From: Bdellovibrionales bacterium
GTDB taxonomy: Bacteria > Bdellovibrionota > UBA1018 > CAIMNF01
Length of the DNA: 64,000 nucleotides
Reading direction: 5' to 3'
Assembly: GCA_947372355.1 (NCBI GenBank)
Contig: CANBTI010000001.1
Coordinates: 18,296-82,295, forward strand
The notes under the pieces were generated by a model. That model had not been told where the DNA came from and did no database searches. It worked only from the letters and a program-made list of their open reading frames with translations. Below, in pieces: positions 1 to 9,310 of this stretch. Made by a program: the position numbers and the translations under genes. Numbering within the stretch: the stretch's first letter is position 1; each line of letters starts with the position of its first letter.

Positions 1-1
1 T

Positions 2-1420
2 GCGGGATTGAATTTCGATCAAGACACTAACCATAATCTTTATACTGCTTTTAAATGGGTTCACATGTTGATCGTTTTAGGTTTTTCAATTTACATTCCT
101 GGCTCTAAGCACTTACACATCGTTGCTGCTGGGCCAAATACTTTTTTGAAAAAACTGAAACGCGAAAAGGGAATCACTTCCATTAATTTTGAAGATGAAT
201 CCACCACTCAATATGGTGCCGCAAAAGTAACCGACATGAGTTGGAAAGACTCCTTAGATCTTTACTCTTGTACTGAATGTGGAAGATGTGAAGAACTTTG
301 TCCTGCATGGAATACACAAAAACCACTTTCTCCAAAAAACCTAATCGTAGATCTAAAGAAAAATCTTCATAGAAACAAAGAGCTTATTTTGGCAGGGAAA
401 ACCGAAGAAGTCTCCCATGTTATTGATGATCATGTTACAGAAGATGTGATTTGGGCTTGTACCACTTGTCGAGCATGTGAGATTGCTTGTCCTGTTTTTA
501 TTGAACACACAGATAAAATTTACGATATTCGTAAAAATCTAGTGATGATGGAATCAAAATTTCCAGCAGAAGTTCAAGCTGTATTTAAAAATATGGAAAC
601 CAATGCATCTCCTTGGGCGTTTAGTCCTTCCGAGCGCGCTAACTGGGCTGATGGTTTAGATGTTAAAAAGATGGCCGATGTAGGATCTGCTGAAAACCTC
701 GATGTACTACTTTGGGTTGGATGTGCAGGATCTTACGACGATAGAAATAAATCCGTTGTGAAGTCCTTTGTGAGTTTACTCAATAAGGCTGGAGTTAAGT
801 TTGCTATTCTTGGAACTGAAGAACAGTGTACCGGAGATTCCGCTCGAAGAATTGGTAATGAATATTTATTTCAAACGTTAGCAAAAGCAAACGTTGAAAC
901 CCTTAATCGTTATCAGGTGAAAAGAATCGTAACTGCATGTCCACATTGCTTTAACACTCTTAAAAATGAGTACGGCGAGATGGGCGGCCAATACGAAGTG
1001 ATTCATCACTCTCAATACATTGCAAATATGATTGCTGAGGGAAAACTCAAATCAACAAAACCAATAAATGAAACCATTACTTTCCACGATAGTTGCTATC
1101 TAGGAAGATGGAACAACGTTTACTCCGAACCTAGAGCTGCAATTGAATCCATTCCACAAGTAAAAATTGTGGAAATGCGCCTCAACCACGACAAGGGAAT
1201 GTGTTGTGGAGCTGGTGGCGGACGCATGTGGATGGAAGAACATCTAGGTAAACGCATTAACGTTACCCGCACAGAGCAAGCTCTTGAAACAGGGGCCACC
1301 ACTGTTGCAACCGCATGTCCATTTTGTATCACCATGATCAATGATGGAATGAAAGAGAAAGACATGGTTGGTAAAGTTAAGGTTAAAGATATTTCTGAAT
1401 TAATCGACGAAACCACTTAA
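2..1420 (+). CDS. Fe-S oxidoreductase, HdrD/GlpC/LutA-like (2x[4Fe-4S] plus 2 CCG domains); 5' end probably outside window
   Basis: Two ferredoxin motifs (CTECGRCEELCP, CTTCRACEIACP) and two cysteine-rich CCG-type motifs (CPHCF...; MCCGAGGG...ACPFC). The reading frame is open to the window edge, and the TTG at 8 is probably not the true start. The stop overlaps the next gene's ATG (TAATG). Confidence 0.6.
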   Translation, partial: AGLNFDQDTNHNLYTAFKWVHMLIVLGFSIYIPGSKHLHIVAAGPNTFLKKLKREKGITSINFEDESTTQYGAAKVTDMSWKDSLDLYSCTECGRCEELCPAWNTQKPLSPKNLIVDLKKNLHRNKELILAGKTEEVSHVIDDHVTEDVIWACTTCRACEIACPVFIEHTDKIYDIRKNLVMMESKFPAEVQAVFKNMETNASPWAFSPSERANWADGLDVKKMADVGSAENLDVLLWVGCAGSYDDRNKSVVKSFVSLLNKAGVKFAILGTEEQCTGDSARRIGNEYLFQTLAKANVETLNRYQVKRIVTACPHCFNTLKNEYGEMGGQYEVIHHSQYIANMIAEGKLKSTKPINETITFHDSCYLGRWNNVYSEPRAAIESIPQVKIVEMRLNHDKGMCCGAGGGRMWMEEHLGKRINVTRTEQALETGATTVATACPFCITMINDGMKEKDMVGKVKVKDISELIDETT

Positions 1421-2400
1421 TGACGAATTCAAAGTCAATTTTCTTAAATGGAAATGTTCTAAACATCATTCAAGCACCCATTGCATTGGGGCAAACGCTG
1501 AACGGTGTGGAACAAGGTCCAGAAATATTGATTCAAAATGGACTCATCGAGCAGATTAATGATCTAGGTTGGACGATTGGTAAAAATTCAAACATTAATA
1601 TTCACGATCTAAAGTGGAACTCACCCAAAGCAAACCTTCCGGCTCATCAACATGGACTTAAAATTAAATTTCCACTTGAGCTTGGTGATGCTTGCCGTGA
1701 GCTTTCTGAAATTTCTAAAAAATCAAATGATGATCGCGAATTTACTCTTACGTTGGGTGGAGATCACAGTGTTGCCATTGGATCAATTGGTGGCGCGCTT
1801 CTCTCTAGACCAAATCTAGGCGTAATTTGGGTCGATGCACACGGAGATTTCAACACACCCGAAACTTCACCCAGTGGAAATATTCATGGAATGCCTCTAT
1901 CGTTTCTAACGGGTTTAATGAAACATTATTCCATTCCTAGTTTTGATTGGTTAAAAAATTTTTTAACTCCCAATCAACTTATATTAGTGGGTATTCGTTC
2001 AATTGATCCCGAAGAAAAGGCCTTAATGAAGTCTTGGGGTGTTCATGTTTTTTCCATGACTGAGGTTGATCGCTTAGGGATTGGTAAAGTTATGGAACAA
2101 ACTTTTGATATTCTCTTTAAATCTGGAAAAAGACCTCTGCACATTAGCTATGATATCGATGCTGTGGATCCGCACTTCGCACCCAGCACTGGAACTAGAG
2201 TGAGAGGGGGCTTGAACTATCGCGAAGCTCACTTTATCGCAGAAGCTACTGCCGAAACTGGGGCGCTAGTAGGAATGGACTTAGTAGAAATCAATCCTAA
2301 TCTCGGTTATGTTGATCCCGCTCATCGAGAAGAAAAAAACATTACTGTTGAAATCGGGCTTGAACTGATTACTTCTGCTCTCGGTAAAAAAATTTACTAA
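1420..2400 (+). CDS. Arginase/agmatinase-family ureohydrolase
   Basis: Mn-binding signature motifs GGDHSVAIGS, DAHGDFNTPETSPSGNIHGMP and SYDIDAVDP. About 326 aa. Translationally coupled to the upstream Fe-S gene. Confidence 0.6.
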   Translation: MTNSKSIFLNGNVLNIIQAPIALGQTLNGVEQGPEILIQNGLIEQINDLGWTIGKNSNINIHDLKWNSPKANLPAHQHGLKIKFPLELGDACRELSEISKKSNDDREFTLTLGGDHSVAIGSIGGALLSRPNLGVIWVDAHGDFNTPETSPSGNIHGMPLSFLTGLMKHYSIPSFDWLKNFLTPNQLILVGIRSIDPEEKALMKSWGVHVFSMTEVDRLGIGKVMEQTFDILFKSGKRPLHISYDIDAVDPHFAPSTGTRVRGGLNYREAHFIAEATAETGALVGMDLVEINPNLGYVDPAHREEKNITVEIGLELITSALGKKIY

Positions 2401-2406
2401 ATTTTA

Positions 2407-2586
2407 TTATTTTTTAGGTTGAAAATCACTATGTACAGCGATGAAACGCTTTACGGCAGTGTTCACAATCTCAGATTCAGAAAGTTTTGAATAAGCTGAC
2501 ATTTTTTTCAATGTTTCAGCCACTTCAGTCTCTAAATTAATGGTTACTGGCTTACTCTCACCTTTTAATTGATAATCGTCTTTCAT
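2407..2586 (-). CDS. Small hypothetical protein, possibly ribbon-helix-helix (CopG/ParD-like) DNA-binding
   Basis: ATG at 2586 (the ORF track starts it at a TTG at 2607). N-terminal beta-strand-like KPVTINLETEVAETLKK followed by a helix LSESEIVNTAVKRF fits an RHH pattern. No obvious SD. Convergent with the arginase gene. Confidence 0.25.
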   Translation of the reverse strand: MKDDYQLKGESKPVTINLETEVAETLKKMSAYSKLSESEIVNTAVKRFIAVHSDFQPKK

Positions 2587-2754
2587 AGATTTTGAATTTA
2601 CAACCAAATCAATTGAGTGTCGATATCATTTACACCAGCGCCCAAATCTAACACACGGTATAATTAAACTCCGCGTAATCACTATGCTTTTATACGAAAA
2701 TAAGTGGCCCCCTCCTTGCTTTACATAACAGTAGAGAGAAAAGAGGAACTGTTT

Positions 2755-4281
2755 ATGAAAAAGTCTATATTAGTATTATCGATCCTGATTCCGATGATTG
2801 CACATGCTGGCCCAGGTAAACCCAAGCATAAAAAATCACACACCAAGACACACGCTAAAGTGAAAGCAACTAAGGCAACTGAAGAAGTAGCCCCAGTAGT
2901 TGTTTCTGCACCAGTTGAAGCGAATCCATCAACAGGATTTAAAACACTTTCATCACTTGATCTTAAAGATGCAAACTTAACTTTAGGATTATCAGCCGAC
3001 CAACTACAAATTAGCGGAAATTTACCAAAAGAATGCGCCGACCACATCAGCATTAGTAACATTGAACGTTTTTCTTCATCAAAATCTGCTGATGATTTAA
3101 AAGGTGTTGATTCAGATAAATCTGTAGATTTAAAAGAATACTCTTCTACCATTCAAGCACAAATTACTTTTTGCACTGATGTAAAAACACCTACTTTAAA
3201 AGATTGTATTGCCAATGCAAAAAGTGGTTCAGAAATGGTTGATCTTTCCAAAGATCCAAACTTCTCTAGAACGGTATCGTTAAGCCCGGAACTCGCAATA
3301 GCCGGAATAGTTGGTGAACCAATGACCCTCAAATCTCCTGAATTCATCAAAATGGAAAAAGAGTTACAAAAATTAGATTGTAAAGAATGTAATTCAGATT
3401 GGAAACTTTTAAGCTCTCACCTTTCAGAAGCAAAAGAATTAAATTCACCTCTACTTGCCTCCATGATGAATAAACTTTTTGATGGTGCTCTTGTAGATAT
3501 GGATAAGAAAATTTCTGATAGCAACACCCTTAATTCTTTAGAAAAGATGAGAGATCAACTTTTAGAGATGAGCGCATATGCCACTACAGAAGAACAACGC
3601 GAGTTAGCTCTTAGTTTATTTGATAAAATTTCAGAAAAGAACCTAGCGCTTGCTGGTTCTGGATTCAAAACAGCTTCAATGGCAACAAAGCATGCAGATT
3701 TCGCAAAACAAACTTACTCAAAAGTAGCTAAGTTAGCTGGATTGTCTGCTGAAAAACGTGATGAATATAATGCAAAAGCAGCTGAGTTCACTATGGGAAA
3801 TGAAAAAAGAGTTCAATTTATCGCTTCCATTGATGGTGATCATCCGGAAGTTCGTCAGTATCTTAAAAATTCAGACAACGAACAGCTAGCATTGCAATAT
3901 CAAATTCAAAAAACCTGTTCAGGTTACATGAATCAATATAAATTTACACAATGCGGCGAACTTCAGAACAAATACTCTTCCAACCAACAAGCGGTTCAAG
4001 GTTTGCAAACTCAATTCAATCTTGCAGACAACAAAAACTGGAACGGAATTTTCTCTTACTGGGACAAGAAAAACATCTCTTACGATCAACAATGGAAAAC
4101 ATCCTTCATTCATCCAACTAATACAATTTCAACGAATTCCTTGCCTGTAATGTATGATCCTCGTGATCCTAAATATGCAAACTTCGATGCATCTAAACTT
4201 TATCAACCAAATATGATGATGCCTCAAGTGAACAGCGCTTATAACGAACAAACTTTTACAGTTACACCTTCGATTCATTAG
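2755..4281 (+). CDS. Secreted hypothetical protein (signal peptide, Lys-rich N-terminal region)
   Basis: ATG at 2755 preceded by the SD AAAAGAGGAA. Signal peptide MKKSILVLSILIPMIAHA. No recognisable domain. Followed by a strong terminator. Confidence 0.55.
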   Translation: MKKSILVLSILIPMIAHAGPGKPKHKKSHTKTHAKVKATKATEEVAPVVVSAPVEANPSTGFKTLSSLDLKDANLTLGLSADQLQISGNLPKECADHISISNIERFSSSKSADDLKGVDSDKSVDLKEYSSTIQAQITFCTDVKTPTLKDCIANAKSGSEMVDLSKDPNFSRTVSLSPELAIAGIVGEPMTLKSPEFIKMEKELQKLDCKECNSDWKLLSSHLSEAKELNSPLLASMMNKLFDGALVDMDKKISDSNTLNSLEKMRDQLLEMSAYATTEEQRELALSLFDKISEKNLALAGSGFKTASMATKHADFAKQTYSKVAKLAGLSAEKRDEYNAKAAEFTMGNEKRVQFIASIDGDHPEVRQYLKNSDNEQLALQYQIQKTCSGYMNQYKFTQCGELQNKYSSNQQAVQGLQTQFNLADNKNWNGIFSYWDKKNISYDQQWKTSFIHPTNTISTNSLPVMYDPRDPKYANFDASKLYQPNMMMPQVNSAYNEQTFTVTPSIH

Positions 4282-4308
4282 AATCTTTACTGTAATAAAT
4301 ATCCTTCG

Positions 4309-4350
4309 GTGCGCTTTAGTATGAGAATACTAGAGCGCACTGTTTTTTTT
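4309..4350 (+). terminator. Rho-independent terminator
   Basis: GTGCGCTTTAGTA-loop-TACTAGAGCGCAC stem followed by T8. Confidence 0.7.
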
Positions 4351-4435
4351 GTTTGACGTTCAACCCACTTAGCCGTTATTCCTATATATACAACGTTGCA
4401 ATAGATGCACAGTAATACAGCAAAGGGGATTTTTT

Positions 4436-4672
4436 ATGGCAGCTTCATCTAGTCAGCAGGCAAAAGGTACAGTTAAATGGTTCAACGACGCAAAAGGTTT
4501 CGGTTTTATTCAAACTGAAGTTTTAACGGGCGATATTTTCGTTCATTATAGCGCTATTCAAGGCGATGGTTTCAAAACCTTGTCTGAAGGACAAGCGGTT
4601 GATTTCGAACTAGTTACAGGTCCTAAAGGTCCACAAGCTTTCAATGTAATGAAAGCAGAATCAAACAACTAA
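4436..4672 (+). CDS. cspA: Cold-shock protein, CspA family
   Basis: [15 protein letters not shown] ... FVHYSAI ... RNP1/RNP2 motifs typical of the CSD fold. SD AAAGGGGA upstream. Confidence 0.9.
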   Translation: MAASSSQQAKGTVKWFNDAKGFGFIQTEVLTGDIFVHYSAIQGDGFKTLSEGQAVDFELVTGPKGPQAFNVMKAESNN

Positions 4673-4715
4673 TAACTTAAATCTGTGGTTTAAAAACAGA
4701 TGATTTTCGTTTTTA

Positions 4716-4750
4716 TAAAAAAGGCTTGTTCTTCGGAACAAGCCTTTTTT
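4716..4750. terminator. Bidirectional Rho-independent terminator between convergent csp and the M20-like gene
   Basis: A7-GGCTTGTTC-TTCG-GAACAAGCC-T6, flanked by A-run and T-run. A second hairpin ATCTGT..ACAGAT lies at 4681-4701. Confidence 0.7.
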
Positions 4751-4772
4751 GTTTATATTTTTTAATAAAAAA

Positions 4773-6215
4773 TCAGCCGCTCATGGCAAATATTAGATCT
4801 TGGTAATAATGGATCGCTTTTTGTAATTCTTCCCAAGTCACTTGCTCGTTAGGACCCTTTGGATGAGTGTTCATAGAACCCATACCCACAATCGATGTTG
4901 GAAACTTTGCTTTAACAAATAAACCTGCATCGCTCAGGTAATTAATGTTTTTTGAGCTGAGCACAAATTCCGATAAAGCACCCGGTACAGAATAGTTTTT
5001 CATCATTTGAAAATGAAGGTGTGGATAGTGAACTAAAGATTTAGAAACTATTTCTTTCCATTCCTTTTCAACAACATTTAGCAGGTGATTCGGCATTAAT
5101 CTTAGTTCAAATGAAAGTGAAATTTTCCCAGGACTCTTCATTTGAACGCGGGTAATTGAACCTTGGCTATTGGGTTGATCAAAACTTAAATTAGGTTGAA
5201 GATTCAACTTTTCAATAAATTGTTTCCACTCATAATCAAGGCGCAAAATTACTTCAACTAACTGTTGAGGGATAAAGCTTGCTCCAGTATCCGTGGCGTT
5301 AGAGTATTCAACCCTGAATGTACGCTCTAGATTTCCGTGACTAAGATGTGTTTTGATGAATTGTTTAAAGTCTTCGAATTGAAAAGTAGTTAGATATATT
5401 TTTACTTTTGCTAAATCAGGAACTGCACCCTCTGCACCCTTTACAGATAAAGATCCCCACTGGAAATCAAACCCTGCATCCGTTGCATCCAATAATAAGT
5501 TCATGAGTAAATCAAAAGAATTGGATGCATGATTTTTTTGTGCAAGATCTAAACTTAATCCTGTGGTTAAAATTTCCACACATCGATTATAACCCTTTGA
5601 ATCTCGCTCTTTTCCAGCAGCATCAACTTCAATTTGAAAAACAAGTTGCCCTGGTGATTGGTTGGTTTGTAAAAGTTGAGTGGGTGCAAATGTGTAAACT
5701 GATTTTGGATTTACAGAAAGGGATTCAACTAAATATTTAGAACCCAGCATTCCAAATTGGGATGCGCATGTCCCCACTAAATATATTGGTGTTTTGTGGC
5801 TTCTCTTTGGCAAATCTGCGGCACCAAATATCCTACACAGAAAATCGAGTTTGCCTTGTACGGCTCCAGCACCAACAATTTTATTCTCATCTACATAAGC
5901 TGCAAAAGGATTACCTTGTGTGAGAGTCCATTGAGCGGGAATGCTTCCGCTAGTAACATCCAATGGATTTACAAATAAAACTCCGTTACGCGTTGATCGA
6001 TCCACTAGCGTGTCTGAACTAAATCCAATTAAATTAGACTGACGTTTTGAAAGTCGCTCTACCGAATGACCTACGGGTTGAATTTGAGTTTTAAATCCAA
6101 ACTCGGTCATGAGTGCACGTAAATATAAAACTAATTCATCATTCCCATTTTCTTCATGAGAAGGAATACTAAGTACTTTTTTTGCACATTCTTTAAAATA
6201 ACTGAAATTTGGCAT
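4773..6215 (-). CDS. M20/ArgE/DapE-like family protein; catalytic metal-ligand motifs not evident
   Basis: N-terminal region (LSIPSHEENGNDELVLYLRALMTEFGF) and overall length resemble M20 peptidases. The usual H-x-D, GxxD and EE motifs are not recognisable. ATG at 6215 chosen (ORF track TTG at 6233). Confidence 0.3.
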   Translation of the reverse strand: MPNFSYFKECAKKVLSIPSHEENGNDELVLYLRALMTEFGFKTQIQPVGHSVERLSKRQSNLIGFSSDTLVDRSTRNGVLFVNPLDVTSGSIPAQWTLTQGNPFAAYVDENKIVGAGAVQGKLDFLCRIFGAADLPKRSHKTPIYLVGTCASQFGMLGSKYLVESLSVNPKSVYTFAPTQLLQTNQSPGQLVFQIEVDAAGKERDSKGYNRCVEILTTGLSLDLAQKNHASNSFDLLMNLLLDATDAGFDFQWGSLSVKGAEGAVPDLAKVKIYLTTFQFEDFKQFIKTHLSHGNLERTFRVEYSNATDTGASFIPQQLVEVILRLDYEWKQFIEKLNLQPNLSFDQPNSQGSITRVQMKSPGKISLSFELRLMPNHLLNVVEKEWKEIVSKSLVHYPHLHFQMMKNYSVPGALSEFVLSSKNINYLSDAGLFVKAKFPTSIVGMGSMNTHPKGPNEQVTWEELQKAIHYYQDLIFAMSG

Positions 6216-6283
6216 CTTACTTATAAATATCAAATACTTATTTTTCTTGCAATGTCATAGGCAAAATCGTTTAATGAAACAAA

Positions 6284-6982
6284 ATGAGTGCATTTTCAGA
6301 CTTAGAAGCAGCGGGAAAGTATAAAGAGGCAATAGCCCTCCTTCAACAAAATCCCACTTACGATGCTAATTACTTTTTTAATTTAGGGGTATTATTTGGC
6401 AAGGATCAACAAGCAGGTCTAGCTGTGGCTTATTTGGAAAAATCTAACCATCTCAGACCACATGACCCTGAAATTCTTAAAAATCTTAAGATTGCTCAAC
6501 CTCAACTTAAACAGCAACTGTTGGACAATAAGGCGCAAATCACCGAATTAGACGGCGCATCCAACTCACTTGAAAAGTTTGCAGATCGAATACAGCAGGA
6601 TGAAATTCTAGGGGTCATCGGGCTGGTGATGCTCATTGTTTCGTTGCTATGGATACGTGCATATTTAAAGACACGCAACATCACAAAAACCTTTTTAAAA
6701 CCATCTGGCTGGTTTGGCGCACTGGCCGTAGTTCTCTCTTTTGCTTTTTATGGTGTTCATAGAGCTGGCAGCTCAAACCCACCGGCACTACTTTTAATGA
6801 AACAACCACTCAGGAGCGGTCCGGGTATGAATTATCCAGAAATTGTCTCACTTGATGCTGGAATCAAGGTAAGAATGGTTGGCTCATCCATTACCCTAAA
6901 TGAAACAGAGGGTTGGCAAAAAATTCGTTACAATCATGATTTAACAGCCTGGATTCCGCTCTCCAGTTTACTCCCACTGTAG
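6284..6982 (+). CDS. Membrane protein with TPR-like N-terminus, two TM helices and a C-terminal SH3b-like domain
   Basis: Hydrophobic segments GVIGLVMLIVSLLWI and WFGALAVVLSFAFYGV. C-terminal GWQKIRYNHDLTAWIP resembles bacterial SH3. Confidence 0.4.
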   Translation: MSAFSDLEAAGKYKEAIALLQQNPTYDANYFFNLGVLFGKDQQAGLAVAYLEKSNHLRPHDPEILKNLKIAQPQLKQQLLDNKAQITELDGASNSLEKFADRIQQDEILGVIGLVMLIVSLLWIRAYLKTRNITKTFLKPSGWFGALAVVLSFAFYGVHRAGSSNPPALLLMKQPLRSGPGMNYPEIVSLDAGIKVRMVGSSITLNETEGWQKIRYNHDLTAWIPLSSLLPL

Positions 6983-6991
6983 TATAAAGGT

Positions 6992-7636
6992 ATGATGAAA
7001 AAACATATGAGATTAATTCCAATTTTTATTCTAAGTCTCGCGCTTGTTTTTCAAGCTGGCTGTTCATCAAAAAAAGTAAATGAGAACGATCCAAAAGAAA
7101 TGTTTAATGATGCAGAAGCCGACATTAAAAATGATCGCTATCTTCTGGCCTTGGATAAACTAAGAGTTATCAAAAGTAAATTTGCTTACTCTAGTTATGG
7201 TGCATTAGCTCAATTAAAAATTGCAGATGTTTTTTTCTTACAAGAATCTTATCCAGAAGCTGCTTCATCTTTTGAAACTTTTGTTGAACTCTTTCCAAAG
7301 CATGAGAAGGCATCGTACGCGCTTTTTAAAGCTGGTGAATCTCAATTCTTGGATATTCCTTCAAATATTGCTCGCGATCTAAAATCTGCAGAAAGTGCAA
7401 TTCAAACTTTAGATCTATACGCCAGTAAATATCCAACAGGAGAACACCTTCAAAAAGCCCTCCAAATGAGACAACTGGCTTTTGATCGTTTAGCAGAAAA
7501 AGAACTGAGTATCGCAGAATTTTACATCAAAAGAAAAAAACCAGATTCCGCTAGATTAAGACTTAATAAAATTCTAGATAATTTCAGCAAATCTTCTTCA
7601 GCAGAAAAAGCCAAAGAACTTTTAAAATCACTTTAA
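6992..7636 (+). CDS. TPR lipoprotein, BamD (YfiO)-like outer-membrane assembly factor
   Basis: Lipobox LVFQAGC. TPR-like repeats with a BamD-like pattern (YALFKAGESQF..., AEFYIKRKKPDSA). Confidence 0.45.
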   Translation: MMKKHMRLIPIFILSLALVFQAGCSSKKVNENDPKEMFNDAEADIKNDRYLLALDKLRVIKSKFAYSSYGALAQLKIADVFFLQESYPEAASSFETFVELFPKHEKASYALFKAGESQFLDIPSNIARDLKSAESAIQTLDLYASKYPTGEHLQKALQMRQLAFDRLAEKELSIAEFYIKRKKPDSARLRLNKILDNFSKSSSAEKAKELLKSL

Positions 7637-7641
7637 ACACT

Positions 7642-8331
7642 ATGATCTCTATTGATGAAATTCATCAGAAAATAAAAGATCGCGATTATCACGGAGCTGA
7701 TTCGTTGATTGCTCTCGGCATTAAGCATGAGCCTGATAATGCAGATCTATATTATCTTCGAGGTTTACTTCGGAGCTATCAGGGAAAACTAACTCTCTCC
7801 ATTGAAGATCTTAAATATTGCCTTAAAACGGATTCTAAACACACAGACGCAGCAGTGTGTTTAAGCATCATTTTAAATGATATTGGTCATTATGAAGAAG
7901 CAAAAGTTATTTTTGATCGAGCAAACCAAAGTGTATTTTTAAAACAAACTGGCGATGACACTCAAGTTGACCAAAAGTTTGCTGTTAAACATTTTGAACT
8001 TGGAGATTTATATTTTCGTCATCGACGCTTTGATGAAGCAATTGAAGAGTACAATAAGGCAATTATTTTAGATCCTGCCAGTACAGAGACTAGAGTGAAA
8101 CGGGCAAAGGCTTTTGCTAAAAAAGGTTTTCTCACCAGAGCCATTCAAGATTTGCAGCAATTAAAAATTGAGCGTCCAAATAGTACGATGGTTGGAGTTC
8201 AGCTGGGCTTATTACACTACAGCCAAGGAAATGTACTTGATGCTCAAATTGAATGGGATTCGGTTTTAGAAAACGATCCTGTAAATCGCGAAGCCATTGC
8301 CTACTTAGAGCTGATTAAAAAATTAGATTAA
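7642..8331 (+). CDS. TPR-repeat protein
   Basis: Multiple TPR-like helical repeats (YYLRGLL..., AIEEYNKAIILDP...). Confidence 0.45.
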   Translation: MISIDEIHQKIKDRDYHGADSLIALGIKHEPDNADLYYLRGLLRSYQGKLTLSIEDLKYCLKTDSKHTDAAVCLSIILNDIGHYEEAKVIFDRANQSVFLKQTGDDTQVDQKFAVKHFELGDLYFRHRRFDEAIEEYNKAIILDPASTETRVKRAKAFAKKGFLTRAIQDLQQLKIERPNSTMVGVQLGLLHYSQGNVLDAQIEWDSVLENDPVNREAIAYLELIKKLD

Positions 8332-8853
8332 TTCTACGCGAGCGTGAACTGGAAGTTCTTTTACTTCTAGTGCAGCCAAAGCAGACTTTTCTGTACTCTT
8401 TGAAGGATTCGCAATTAAGTGAGTGCGAAGTTCTTTAAACATTGGATGTTTGATTGGTTGATCATTCTCTTGAAGTACAATTTGTTTTGCAGTTTTTTCG
8501 CGAACATTGATTACCAGAGGAGCCTTTAGATTAGCGGTCATTTCTGACATCACAGCAGGAATGGTAAGAATGGTAAACACACTTGCATCTTTAATCGATG
8601 AAAGACGAAGCTCGCGCAATTCAGCAGCTGACAATCTTACAATGTATTCTGGTTTAAATATTTTTGGTTCTAAAACTGGAAATGCTAGATGAGGCTTACT
8701 TAATGATTGCAGCCATAGGATCAAGGTATCGTCACCTGGATCTACCAAGCAAAAATTCTGATCTTCTGGAAAACCTAATACACCACTTGGAATGGAAATT
8801 ATTTCTTCAGAAGAAACTTCGATCTGTCCAAAACGTCCTGTTTTTACGATCAC
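8323..8853 (-). CDS. fliW: Flagellar assembly factor FliW (CsrA antagonist)
   Basis: N-terminus MIVKTGRFGQIEVSSEEIISIPSGVLGFPE...WLQSL matches the FliW family pattern. Lies downstream of csrA in the flagellar operon. Confidence 0.75.
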   Translation of the reverse strand: MIVKTGRFGQIEVSSEEIISIPSGVLGFPEDQNFCLVDPGDDTLILWLQSLSKPHLAFPVLEPKIFKPEYIVRLSAAELRELRLSSIKDASVFTILTIPAVMSEMTANLKAPLVINVREKTAKQIVLQENDQPIKHPMFKELRTHLIANPSKSTEKSALAALEVKELPVHARVELI

Positions 8854-8988
8854 AAATACCTCCAGGATAAATTTACCCTAGTAATACAATACCTTGTTTT
8901 TCAAAGAGAGCAATAGCGTTATTCGCTAAAACGAAGAAATTGTCAAAATAATGACAATTTAACATTTGGGCCGATGGGTGGGATTTGA

Positions 8989-9210
8989 TTAATCTTTTAG
9001 GATTTTAGATAATTGCTGTAGTTCTGGTGCTGCTCCAGCCTCTTTATTGGAGTCCTGAATGGCTGAGTAAACTTCTTCGCGGTGAATTTTGGTCTCTTTG
9101 GGTGCTTGAATCCCTAAACGGACTTGCTTGCCCTTGATCTGCACTACGGTGATCTTAATGTGATCATCTATCGCAATGCTTTCACCCAATTTACGGGTTA
9201 AAACTAACAT
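8989..9210 (-). CDS. csrA: Carbon storage regulator CsrA
   Basis: MLVLTRKLGESIAIDDHIKITVVQIKGKQVRLGIQAPKETKIHREEVY is a canonical CsrA. Confidence 0.9.
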   Translation of the reverse strand: MLVLTRKLGESIAIDDHIKITVVQIKGKQVRLGIQAPKETKIHREEVYSAIQDSNKEAGAAPELQQLSKILKD

Positions 9211-9310
9211 CTTTACTCTCCATAGTTTTTAAATAACCGTCTTAATTACTTTTAATAATCCATGACGATACCGCATTAATTAGCTTAATCTTAAGGCTTT
9301 CACAAGAAAA

